Shown here: positions 1 through 12,200 of the stretch, one piece after another | Position numbering within the stretch: the stretch's first letter is position 1 | Layout of the letters: every line of letters begins with the position of its first letter | Origin: a virus | Lineage: Duplodnaviria > Caudoviricetes | IMG/VR virus record: IMGVR_UViG_3300008108_000109 | Span: 1,318 to 65,317 of that record | Reading direction: 5' to 3' (one strand) | Length of the DNA: 64,000 nt | Program-made: the position numbers and the translations under genes | The notes under the pieces: generated by a model | What the model saw: only the letters and a program-made list of their open reading frames with translations | Databases searched by the model: none | Told to the model about the DNA's origin: nothing

Positions 1-114
1 ATTGTTATTGAGTCAAAACCGAAAAAAACTCGGCAAGGAACAGGCAAACATACAAAGTACGCCGCAACGTCTCGTAATAAAGCAGGTAAAAGATATCGCG
101 GACAGGGTAAATAA
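1..114 (+). CDS. 3' end of small basic hypothetical protein (partial)
   Basis: Frame +1 reads IVIESKPKKTRQGTGKHTKYAATSRNKAGKRYRGQGK-stop (TAA 112-114); resembles a small Lys/Arg-rich protein I recall upstream of gp25 in T4-like cyanophages; not in ORF track. Confidence 0.75.
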   Translation: MVIESKPKKTRQGTGKHTKYAATSRNKAGKRYRGQGK

Positions 115-134
115 TACAGATATTCATTTACTCT

Positions 135-640
135 ATGGATTTGGTCCAACTGGATCATATGTTCCTAAACCCGACTTTTATATTGTCCGCCCGATGATGA
201 ATTTACTTGGAATGAGTCGTTACGCCCGTAAAGATTTCATTTATAAGTATACAGAACACTATCATCCAGCGGAATTTTGGTCAGAAATCTTCCATGGACA
301 CCATATAAGTGTTGATTTTAGAGATAAAAAGTCAGAATTAGTCGTTTTGGGTACAAAAGACCCGACTGATCCTCTTTACAAATGGGAAAAATGGGAAAAA
401 CTCGATCAAGAAGTGCCTTTTCCCAAAATTTTAAACAGTTTAGTTGGCAACTATGAGTGGATTAACTGTGAATTCATCGGAAATCACCTAATTGAGGTGC
501 ATTTTAGAATAAATCCCAACTTTAGATACGGAAATACGGTTGCAATTCCAGTTTGGAAGGGTGATGAAGCAGTAAACAGTGAAAATTATAACTATATTGA
601 GGATGAGAGTTACTTAAGATCTGGTTTTTACGTTGATTAA
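135..640 (+). pseudogene. conserved cyanophage hypothetical protein (ATP-grasp-like), 5' end apparently deleted/frameshifted
   Basis: Protein-like sequence from GPTGSYVPKPDFYIVRP to NCEFIG..LIEVHFR; ATG at 135 after TAAATA (108-113) is out of frame with it; the first ~45 aa of track ORF 2..640 overlap the upstream gene. Confidence 0.5.
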
Positions 641-691
641 CGGGATAGCAACCCCGTAAAAAGTTCTGTTAACCCTTAAAAGGAGCAACAG

Positions 692-943
692 ATGGCAATT
701 CATCCAAATCCCGATAGAGACTCTGATTATATGAGGTCTACTTGGGGCACAACTAGCTTAGTTACTGATTATTGGTCAAATCCAAAACCACAAAAAATGC
801 TTAGGGAGATCGCTAACGACGATAAGACACCTAAAAAGCATGATTTTGAAGTGCAAAATGAACTTCATGAGAAGATTCGTAATGATGAAGACTATGATGA
901 TTGGTCTTATGGAACAGAACCAAGTTGGGGGCACAAGTGGTAA
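692..943 (+). CDS. hypothetical protein
   Basis: 83-aa ORF with AGGAG SD upstream, position immediately before gp25. Confidence 0.8.
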   Translation: MAIHPNPDRDSDYMRSTWGTTSLVTDYWSNPKPQKMLREIANDDKTPKKHDFEVQNELHEKIRNDEDYDDWSYGTEPSWGHKW

Positions 944-950
944 AAACCAC

Positions 951-958
951 TATAAATA
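951..958 (+). promoter_or_regulatory. T4-type late promoter TATAAATA
   Basis: Exact gp55 consensus 22 nt upstream of gp25 start. Confidence 0.85.
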
Positions 959-980
959 AGTTATCATCATATAAAAAATA

Positions 981-1382
981 ATGCCCGCAGAACGCATCAG
1001 CGTTGGTTTTAGAGATTTAAGTCTCTCGTTAAGATCCAATCCCTTAACGAGAGATTTAGTCATTTTAAAAAATGAAACTGCAATTGCTCGTTCTGTTCAA
1101 AATTTGGTTTTGACAAATGTTGGTGAAAAATTTTTTGAACCCAACATAGGAACCAATACATCTGCTTTATTATTTGAAAATATTGATGTTTTTACTGCTA
1201 ATGCATTAAGCACTCAAATAACAGAGGTCATAAAAAACTACGAGCCAAGAGTTGATCTGCTTGAAGTTATTGTTACCCCAGATTATGATGAGGGAGCAAT
1301 GGGCGTTTTAATTAAGTATTTAATAGTTGGAATTGATGCCCTACCACAACAGTTAGAATTCGTATTACTGCCAACCAGATAA
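981..1382 (+). CDS. gp25: baseplate wedge subunit gp25
   Basis: AIARSVQNLVLTNVGEKFFEPNIG and NYEPRV motifs of GPW/gp25 family; precedes gp6. Confidence 0.93.
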   Translation: MPAERISVGFRDLSLSLRSNPLTRDLVILKNETAIARSVQNLVLTNVGEKFFEPNIGTNTSALLFENIDVFTANALSTQITEVIKNYEPRVDLLEVIVTPDYDEGAMGVLIKYLIVGIDALPQQLEFVLLPTR

Positions 1383-3287
1383 ATGTCATTAGTTAACGTA
1401 TCATCACTAGATTTTAATGATATTAGAGAATCTATCAAGAGTTTTTTACGTTCTGATGGTAGATTTACAGATTATGATTTTGAAGGATCAAACTTTAGCA
1501 TCTTACTAGACACATTAGCATATAACACTTATATTAGCTCGTATAATGCTAATATGTTGACTAATGAAGTATTTTTAGATGGTGCTACACTAAGAGAAAA
1601 CGTAGTATCTCTTGCTAGAAATTTAGGTTATCTACCAAGATCTACAAGAGCGTCCAGAGCGCAAGTATCATTTTTTATAAACTTGACAGGATATGCTACA
1701 AACCCAATCAGCATAACTCTAAAAAGAGGAATAGTTGCAACCTCTAATGCATCGTTTAGTAATTTAAATTATGTTTATTCAATTCCAGATGATATTACTG
1801 TCCCAGTCTCAAATGGAGTAGCAAGTTTTCCTAAAATTGATATCTATGAAGGGTCATATATTCAAGATACTTTTACCGTAGATAGTCAAAATAAAAATCA
1901 AAGATACATTCTAAACAATCAAAATATAGATACAAGTTTAATTAGAGTTACTGTTAGAGAGAATAAAAATAGTAATATTAGCAGAATTTATAAGTATGCA
2001 GATAATTTAACGGCAATCAAAGCAACTGATGATGTATTCTTTTTAAATGAAATTGAAGATCAAAGATATGAATTAATTTTTGGTGATGGATCTTTTGGTA
2101 GTAAATTAAAAGATAACAATTATATTATAGTAGAATACGTTTCTACTAATGGTGCAATATCAAATGGAGTTTCTTCTTTTACATTTGCTGGAAGATTAGT
2201 TGATAATAATGGAAGTCCAATAACATTTGATGAACCGCTATTGAGCGTCATCGAGGTTGCTGGATATGGTGCAGATATAGAATCAATTGCATCAATTAAA
2301 AAATTAGCTCCGAGAGTGTATGCATCTCAAAATAGAGCAGTTACTGCTTCTGATTATGAATCCCTTATTCCAATAATATATCCAGAAACAGAATCTGTAT
2401 CTGTATTTGGTGGAGAAGAATTGGATCCTCCAAAATATGGAAAAGTTTTTATTACAGTAAAACCAAAAAATGGTTCATATTTACCTAATAACATTAAGGA
2501 TAATTTAAAGGTAACATTAAGAAAATATGCTGTAGCTGGAATTGTTCCAGAATTTATAGACTTAAAATACTTGTACATTGAATATAACTCAAAAGTATAT
2601 TACAACACAAATCAAGGTGCTCCAAACTTCTTAAAGAATGAGGTTCAAAATACTCTGCAAAAATTTGCTAAATCTGATGAGTTAAATAGATATGGTTCTA
2701 GATTTAAATATAGTAAATTTTTAAAGTTAATAGATGATTCTGCACTTGCAATAACTTCAAATATTACAACAATTCAAATTAGAAGGGATTTAAAAGTCAG
2801 ATTGAAGCAATTTACTGAATATGAGATTTGTTTTGGTAATGAATTTCACATAAAAAATTCTAGTGGTTATAATTTTAAAACAAGTGGTTTTTCAGTTGAC
2901 GGAATTACTGGAACTGTCTATTTGTCAGATCTACCTCATGCTGAAGGATTTGGTAGTGTATTTTTATTCAAACTTGACGCATCTAATCAACCAGTAGTTG
3001 TAAGAAAAAATATAGGAAGCATTGATTATATTAAAGGTGAAATTAGACTTAATGCTTTGAACATTTTACAAACATCTAAAAAATCTTTTGGTGACGATAT
3101 TATTGAATTTTCTGCAATACCAAAATCAAATGATGTTATTGGTAAGCAAGATTTGTACTTACAATTAGATAATGCAAAATCAAATATTAGTATGATTGCA
3201 GATGTTATTTCGTCTGGAATTGACATCTCAGGATCACAATACATAGTATCATCTAGTTACTTAAACGGCGAATTCATAAGGTTGTAA
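1383..3287 (+). CDS. gp6: baseplate wedge subunit gp6
   Basis: LDFNDIR..FTDYDFEGS..LLDTLAYN..A..LGYLP; FGDG; QNRAVTASDY motifs. Confidence 0.95.
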   Translation: MSLVNVSSLDFNDIRESIKSFLRSDGRFTDYDFEGSNFSILLDTLAYNTYISSYNANMLTNEVFLDGATLRENVVSLARNLGYLPRSTRASRAQVSFFINLTGYATNPISITLKRGIVATSNASFSNLNYVYSIPDDITVPVSNGVASFPKIDIYEGSYIQDTFTVDSQNKNQRYILNNQNIDTSLIRVTVRENKNSNISRIYKYADNLTAIKATDDVFFLNEIEDQRYELIFGDGSFGSKLKDNNYIIVEYVSTNGAISNGVSSFTFAGRLVDNNGSPITFDEPLLSVIEVAGYGADIESIASIKKLAPRVYASQNRAVTASDYESLIPIIYPETESVSVFGGEELDPPKYGKVFITVKPKNGSYLPNNIKDNLKVTLRKYAVAGIVPEFIDLKYLYIEYNSKVYYNTNQGAPNFLKNEVQNTLQKFAKSDELNRYGSRFKYSKFLKLIDDSALAITSNITTIQIRRDLKVRLKQFTEYEICFGNEFHIKNSSGYNFKTSGFSVDGITGTVYLSDLPHAEGFGSVFLFKLDASNQPVVVRKNIGSIDYIKGEIRLNALNILQTSKKSFGDDIIEFSAIPKSNDVIGKQDLYLQLDNAKSNISMIADVISSGIDISGSQYIVSSSYLNGEFIRL

Positions 3288-3291
3288 AAAT

Positions 3292-6200
3292 ATGAAGAAC
3301 AGAGTTAATATTAAAAACTTAGTTTCAGACCAATTACCAAGTTTTGTTAGAGAATCTTACCCAGACTTTGTTGAATTTCTAAAAAATTATTATGAATCGT
3401 TAGAATTTCCTGGTGGTCCTTCAGATATATTAAACAATATAGATGAATATACTAAAATTGATAATATTACTGAATTAACATATTATACAGAATTAACACA
3501 AGACATCGAATATGGTCCCACAGATATTTCAGTAACTGATACTTATGGATTTCCTCCAAATAATGGAATTATAAAAATAGATAATGAATTGCTTCTTTAT
3601 GAATCTAAAGATAATACAACATTTTTTAATTGTATTAGATCCTTTACTGGAATTACTTCATATACACAATCAGATACAGACACACTAAATTTTGAATACT
3701 CTGTCGAAGATGTTCATACCTCTGGAACAATTGTATATAATTTACATGCTCTATTTTTAGCTGAACTTTATAAAAAATTTAAAGCACAATATACTCCTGG
3801 TTTTGAAGATATTCAGTTTTATGAAGAATTGAATGAAAAAACTCTAGTATCTAGATTAAAAGATTTTTATACTTCAAAAGGGGCGAATAGTTCATTCGAT
3901 GTTTTGTTTAGATCTGTTTGGGGTTCTCCAGTTTCGATTATAAAACCTAGAGATTTTTTAATCCAACCATCAGATGCAGACTACAGAGTAACTAGAGATT
4001 TGGTTGTTAAGCAACTATCTGGTGATCCACAGGATTTAGTAAATAGAACATTATATCAAGATGAAACTGCTGTTATACCAAAAGCAGTTGGATCTATAAC
4101 CAATGTTGAGCAATTATTTAAAGATGGAGAAGAATATTATAGATTAAGTTTGGATTATAATCCCGAGTTAGAAACTTTTAATTTTACTGTACACCCAAAA
4201 ACTAAGATCACCAATCCAGTTGGAGTTGGACAAACATATTTGGATGTTGACTCAACCCTTAGTTTTACTAATTCTGGAACTCTTGTTGTAAATGATAATG
4301 GTGTAGAGTATCAGTTTAATTACTCATCAAAAAGTAGCACTCAGTTTTTTGGACTTTCTGCCCCAGTTGCAATTGGATTGAATGAAGATATTTCAACACC
4401 TGATTATGCATATGCACTTTCAAATTCTGGAGAACAAATAAAGGTAAAAATTACTGGAGTTCTTGGAGACTTAGAATTTGATCGTGATGCATCATATTAT
4501 TATGAAGTTGATGACCAAATTGAAATTGTTTCTTTGGGAGCAGATACAACTGAACAAATAAGAACTACGTGGATAAACAATGTAACACCAGAATATGAAA
4601 TTGAGCAAATAACTCAGGTTGCATTAAAATTAAATGGCGCTGCTCAATATAGAATTAGAACATTTGATCCTAATATTTTTACCCTGGGTGATATTGGGAC
4701 AATTAAAGGTAGTGACGGGAATCAGTACAATATTTTTGTTATAGCGGTATCTAATAAGTATGAATTTGACGTTAATTTAACAACAAGAATTAATACAACT
4801 TCTGTAAAATATTCGATAAGAAAGGGTGTATCAAAAGCTCTTAGTAATAATCAACCTGAAATTAATATAATTTCTGCAGATGTTCAAAATGTATATACTG
4901 ACGATGATGATACCTATGTTGTAGCATCATCATTACCAAATTATTATAATACACCAATTATTGTTGAAGATCTATCAGTAACATTTACTGGACAGTATGA
5001 TGGATATGATATTAATATTGGATCTAACTCTTTTATTAGTGGAGAAGCTGTATATTATTCTAGAAATAACAATATTGGATTAAATATTTCTGAAGGTCAA
5101 TATTTTATCTTTAGAGTCAATTCTAGTACGGTCAGATTAGCTACAAGTAGGGCAAATATTAGAAGTGGACAATTTGTTTACGTATTTGGAACAGTATTTA
5201 ATAATAAAATATCACTATTAAAATATCAAGGCAGAAGAATACAATCACAAGATTTAGTTAGAAAGTATTCAGCACCAGTTGATGATGACATCGTAGAAAA
5301 TAGAATTACAAAACCAGGAACAATAGGTCAATTTTTAAATGGTGTTGAAATATTAAATTATAAAACTTCTGATACAATCTATTCTGGTCCCATACAAGAG
5401 ATTGTAGTTTCTTCATCTGGTGATTCAAATTATGATGTAATCAATCCACCAGTCCTAGTAATTTCAGATAATATTGGAGTAGGAAATACCATTTTTGGTA
5501 CTGGTGCCGAAGGTGTTTGTAATGTTGTAGGATCATTATCAAGAGTTAATATCTTGGATAAAGGTTTTGATTATGTTGCTGAACCAAAAATAACAATTTC
5601 TGGCGGTAATGGAGTTGGTGCTGAGGCAAAAGCAAATCTATCAAAAATAGTTTATAATGTTACATTTAATGCTGGAAGTTTATATGATCAAGTAAATCTA
5701 GTAACAAATACAATTGGATTTACTACATACCATAAATTTAGAGACTTTGAGAAAGTAATTTACAACTCTCAAAATCAAACTAAAATTGGTAATTTAGTTG
5801 ATGATGCAATTTATTTTGTGAGAGTTATTTCTCCAACTGAAATTAAATTACATAATACTCTTGACAATGCTATTGCTGGTATTAATACTGTATCTTTTGG
5901 ATCTTATGGAGAAGGTTTACAAAGATTTTCAACTGCAAATAAAAAGAATGTAATTTCTTCAATTGAAGTTATAAATCGTGGTAAAGGATATACTAATAAA
6001 ACATTATTTTTTGATGAATTATCGGTAAATACATTTGATAACTATATTCAAATAAACAATCATGGTTATAGCGATAAAGAAATTATTTTATTTGAATCTG
6101 ATGGAGTTCTTCCTGTTGGTCTAACAACTAATACAGAATACTATATAAAAACTATTGATAAAAATAAATTTAGAGTTGCTAAATCCGAATCTGTTGGAGT

Positions 6201-9200
6201 TGGAAGCACTGTTACTAGTGATATTAATTATATTAACAGAAGGTTTATTGATTTTTCAGATGGTGGAACAGGAAAACATAGCATAAAATATCAACCAATT
6301 ACAATTAAAGTAGAATCCCCGATTGGAGTAACAACATTTGCTGGGCAAGATTTTACATGTAAAGTTGTACCTGTTTTTACAGGAGAAATTGTATCAGTAT
6401 CTTTAAAAGAGAAAGGAGATAACTATGGAGACCCAAGTATTGTAAATTACAATAGACAACCAAACATTTCACTAATTAATGGAGAAAATGCACAAATAAG
6501 TGTAATTGTATCATCTCAAGGAAAAATTATTGGAGCAATTGTTAATAATACTGGTTCTGGATATAACTCTCCACCTTTACTAGAGGTTTTAGGATCTGGT
6601 TCTGGTGCGATTTTAACTCCAGTTATTGTTGATGAAAAAATAGTTGATGTAAGAATAATAGAAAGTGGATTTGGATATAACCAAGTAGATACTAGTGTTA
6701 GAATTAAATCAACAGGAAGCAATGCACAATTCCAAGCCAATATTACTGCATGGACAATAAATCAAATAGAAAGATTATTTGAATCTGAGCAAGTAAAACC
6801 AGACGATGGCATAATCACAACTCCACTGGCATCTGACCGTGGATTACAGTATACTCATGGTTATCCTGCTAGAGAATTAAGAAGAAAACTTCTTGCAACT
6901 TCCTTAGATATTGTGGGAAATAGAGTTTATCGTGCAGATATTGAAAATGACAATAATCCAGAAAAGTATCATTCTCCAATTATTGGTTGGGCTTATGACG
7001 GAAATCCAATATATGGACCTTACGGATATAGGGATAAAGAAGGTGGAGCAGTTGTTAGGTTAAATTCTGGATATGAATTAAAACTAAAACCATATAGACC
7101 ATCAACCGCATTATTTCCTCCAGGATATTTTGTTGAAGATTATGAATTTACAAATAATGGTGATTTGGATGATCATAATGGCAGATATTGTAAAACACCA
7201 GAGTTTCCAAATGGAATTTATGCATATTTTTCAACATTCAATAATTTAAAAGAAGCCTCTGGTCCTTTCAATGGATACTTAAAACCAGTGTTTCCCTATG
7301 TAATTGGTAATACTTTTAATTCAAAAGTAATCGAGTACAACTTTGATCAATTATCAAATTTAACTTATGTAGATGTTTATAATTCTGGATGGATTAGACA
7401 TACATCTTCTCTTGGACTGTTATTAGATAAAACAAAATATCAAGGATTTATTAGACCAGATACATTTGCACGAGGATTTACAGAAGTTACAAGTATAAGT
7501 CCTGGTCAATTAGATCAACTTCAAATCATTGCCCCAGGTGACAACTATTCAGTGTTGGATAATATATTTTTTAATAGTCAAGGTACTGGTGGATCTGGTG
7601 CGTATGCTAGAATTTCAGAAATACAGGGAAGAGATGTAGATACAATTTCATATTCTTTTAGTAAACTTTCTGGAGTTGAGTTTACTCCTTTCGGTTCACC
7701 TGGAAAATATGTTGGATTTGCAAGCACATCTCATTCTTTAATTAATGGTGATATTATTTCTATTCAAAATTTAAATATCCTTTCTACAGATTTTGCATCA
7801 TCATATACAATTGGAGTATCTACAAATACTTTAACACTATCTTCTGATATACAAACACCAGCTCAAACTGGAATTGTTACTTATATTAATGTTGCTGGAA
7901 ATCTAGCGTTCCCAGTAACATCAGTAAACGATGTGTATAGAATAGGAACAGAGAAAATAAAAATCATAAGCATTCATCCAAACGACTCAAGAATGAGAGT
8001 CTATAGATCTTTTGGTGGTTCTGTTGGATCTGCACATTCTTCTGGTACTTCACTTATAGAATTAAGTAGAAAAATAACATTTAATAGTGGATTTAGCACA
8101 TCAACTGAATATAAACTCAATAGAGAAGTATTTTTCGATCCTAGAGAGTCTGCAATTATTCCTTCCGAAAATTTAATTTTATACTCAAATCCAATTCCAC
8201 CCTCATTAGTTCCAACAGCTTGGGATTATTACACATCAGGAATTGGAACTGGAACGGTAGAATATTTTACAATAAATTCTCCAGTTGGTGGAAATGACGT
8301 TGCTAAAGTTTCTTTTGCGTCTACCACTGGTTCTTCGGACGCTTTTGGTTTAAAATATGAACCTGTTTCTTTATCATCAGACTATAATACTCTTTCCGTA
8401 TTTTTAAAAGGACAAAACGGTGGAGAAAATGTTTATATTATTTTGGACGATGGATCAATATATTATTCTCAACTAGTAACATTAACAGATGAATGGAGAA
8501 GATATTCCCTGGTTGCACAAACTGCAGCAGGATCCCATAGAGTAAGGATTGGTACTTTTGGCACTCAAGGATTAACTTTAAATTCTGCTCCTACATTTTA
8601 TGTTTGGGGAGCTCAAGTTGAACTTGGGCAATTAACAAGTAGTTATTATTCAACATCTGGATCTGCACTAACCAGAGCAGAGAAAAAATCTGGACTATTA
8701 TTTTTTAGCAATCCAGGAGTAACAGAAAAAAAAGGTATCCAAACTATAGTTAATACTTTTTACGTACCAGAACATGGATTTAAAACTGGAGATAAAATTA
8801 ACTATAATGTTGGACATGGATATACTGGTGTAAGTGTTTCTTATGGCACAACAACTACCCCATTAGTTAATAATCAAGTTCTTTATGTTGCAGCATACAA
8901 TAATGATTTTATTGGTGTGTCTACACAGAGAATTGGAATAGGAAGCACAGGTGGATTTGTTGGAATTGGATCAGATATTCTAGAATTATTTAAAATTAAT
9001 GACTACGGTACAGGAGAAGTTCACAGCATAAAAACTGATGAATTATTAACTATTCGTGGAGATGTTTATAAAAAAACAGCAACAGTTGTTACTCAAAGGG
9101 AACATGGATTATCAAATGGAGATGTTGTAAGTTTAAAGGTAATTTCTGGAATAACATCTACAATTTATTTAAAATATGATGATGTTAATAGAAGGTTATT

Positions 9201-12200
9201 AGCAAATCCAAAACAATTTATAGATACTGATATAAATTTATCCAGAAATAGTATTACTATTCCAAATCATGGATTTAGAACTGGTCAAAAAGTAATATAC
9301 AATTCACAAACACCATCTAGTGGATTAATAAATTCTAAATTATATTATGTTATTGTCCCTGATGACAATACGGTATTACTTTCTCACATTTATTATGATA
9401 GAATATCCTCAAATGATGCAATTCAAATTGTAAATATTGGCACACAATCTGCTGGAGAATTGTCTTCAGTAAACCCAGAACTATTTGCTGTAAAAAACTC
9501 GACTGTTTTATTTGACTTATCAGATCCAACTTTATCTGCAAATTCTATTCCAGCATTCCAATTTGATTTATTTGTTGACCCAGAATTCCAAAAACCATTC
9601 TATACTTCCCCATTAAATAAGGGTGCATTTAATGTTAGAAAGAGTGGAGTAATTGGAGAACCAGGCGCAAAGGTTGAACTTGTCATAAATGATACTGTTC
9701 CAACATCTTTATACTACACATTATCTCCAATTAGATATTCTGGTGCTACGTCATCAAAACTTGAAATCATCAATGATAAATTTAATATTTTAAATCCAAA
9801 TAAGCTGTCTATTATTGATAGTAAGTATAATAGAATTACGGCAATTTCAGGAATAACTACAAACTCATTTAAATATTCATTAGAAGTAACACCAGAAAAA
9901 TATAGTTATTCTTCTTCTGAGGGTATATCCACTTATACAACCCAGTCCCAAACTGCTATAGGACCTGTAGCAAAAGTTACTATCGATTCTGGGGGAAGAA
10001 ATTATATTCGTCTTCCAAATGTCACCCAAATTGTTAGTGGATTAGGAACTGCAGCACTATTTTTACCAAGAAGTACTACTATTGGTAAAGTTAACAGTGT
10101 TGTTCTTACTGATATTGGATTTGATTATCCATCTGATAAGACATTAAGACCTCTTGCAAATTTACCATACACTTATAAAATTGAACCCCTGTCAAAATTT
10201 AAGAGAATTCAAATAGTAAATCCTGGAATTAATTATTTTGTTGCTCCACAATTAGCTGTTGTTGATGGATTTACTGGAAGAGTCAATACTGAAGTTTCTC
10301 TTGAATATGACATTGGCGATACAGAAGTTCGGATTATTAGAAATACTACAGGTCTGTATAATGTTACTCCAAAAATTATACCAATTAATAATCCAAATGG
10401 AGTTAGAATTGATAATATTGTATTTGACCCTGGAACTTTAAATGTTACAGTTTCATTTGCTGTGACATTCTCAAGTGCTCAAGATTATCCTTTTATTGTT
10501 GGTGAAAAAATTATTATTGAAAATACCAATGTTGATGCTAACTTTGGTGGTAGGGGATACAATTCTGCGGCATATGATTATAGATTATTCAGAATCTTAT
10601 CTGCAAATCCTGATGTTGGTGGAGATAATCCAACTATAACATTCAATTTAACTGGATTTTTAAACCCAGATGAAGAACCAGGAATATTTGATAATTTTGA
10701 GTCTTTTGGAACAGCAACTCCAGAATCATATTTTCCAATCTTTGACATCGATTTGGAAAAAGATTCTTTTAGAGTTGGGGAAACTATTGTTGCTCAAGAT
10801 GGTAATTTTGGAGTGGTACAATCATATGATAGAAGAAATGAGTTTCTTAAAATAAGGTCTAAGAGAATATTTAAGGTTGATGATTTAATTATTGGTGCAT
10901 CGTCGCAAAATAAAGGATTAATATCTTCTGTTGATGGAATCCGAGCAAAATATTTAATCTCATCAAATAGTATAACCAAAAAAGGTTGGTTAAAACAAAC
11001 TGGAAAATTGAATGAATCTTTCCAGAGAATTCATGATAATGACTATTATCAGTATTTTTCATATTCTGTTAGATCTCCAATTGAATATCAAGTATGGAAT
11101 CCCTTGGTTAGTAACTTAACACATACTGCAGGATTTAAAAAATTCAGTGAGTTAACAATTGATTCATACGATCCATCAATAGTAGGATTATCAACTAGTC
11201 AAGATTTAAACGCATTAGTTGCTATATCTGATCTAACTCAAATTGTTGATTTAAATTCTATAAAAGATTTTGATATTGCTAGGGAAAAAAGTATTCAAGT
11301 TAATAATAGTTTAGTATCTAATGAAATATTGTTTAATTTACCCTTCTTAGCACAATATCAAGAATTCATTGGAAATAGAGTTTTAGCTATAGATGATTTT
11401 AGTGATCAATTTAATGGAGTCAATAGGGGATTTGAATTAAAAACCCAAAATCAAACTATTTTTGAAAATATTTTTAATGGTAGTGATTCAACAATTATAT
11501 CACAAGCAGAAGGATCTATAAATCTCAAAAACCATTTCTTCGTTAGTGGAGAAGAGGTAGAATATATTCCACCAGACAATGATTTTGCAAATGCAATTCA
11601 AATTTCTCCTAGTGACTTTGGTCCTGGAATTGGCACAACATCCAGATTACCAGCAAGATTTATAATTATTAAACAAGATAACCAAAAAGTAAGAGTTGCC
11701 ACTTCAGCAACAAATGCATTGTTATTTAATCCAATTGGAGTGGGAATAACAGGAGTGGGGATAGGAAGCACTCATATTATTAGAGCAATATCACCTAATA
11801 ATAGAATGTTGATTACCATTAATGGTACTATTCAATCTCCAATTGTTGGTACAGCGTATACAACAGCGTCTTCAGCATCTATTGGAATTGGATCTACAAA
11901 TATTAATGTTGTAGGTGTTACTTCTATTTTTAGTGGGGATCTTCTTCAAATTGATGATGAAATTATTCTAGTTTCTGCAGTAGATGCAAGTACAAATACA
12001 TTAAATGTAAAAAGAGCTTGGATGGGTTCCACAGAAAACACCCACGCATCAAATACAGTAATTACTAAATTGGTTGGTAATTATAATGTTTTAAACAATA
12101 AGATACATTTTTCTGAAGCAATGTGGGGAAGTATTCCCGTTGGTTTTGGAACAACTGCAACATCTGCAAATGAAATAGATTATACTGGATTAACAACAAG

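Noticed and set aside
2-134. N-terminal part of track ORF 2..640
   Set aside because: Overlaps a more plausible gene end in frame +1 (1-114) and a late-promoter motif
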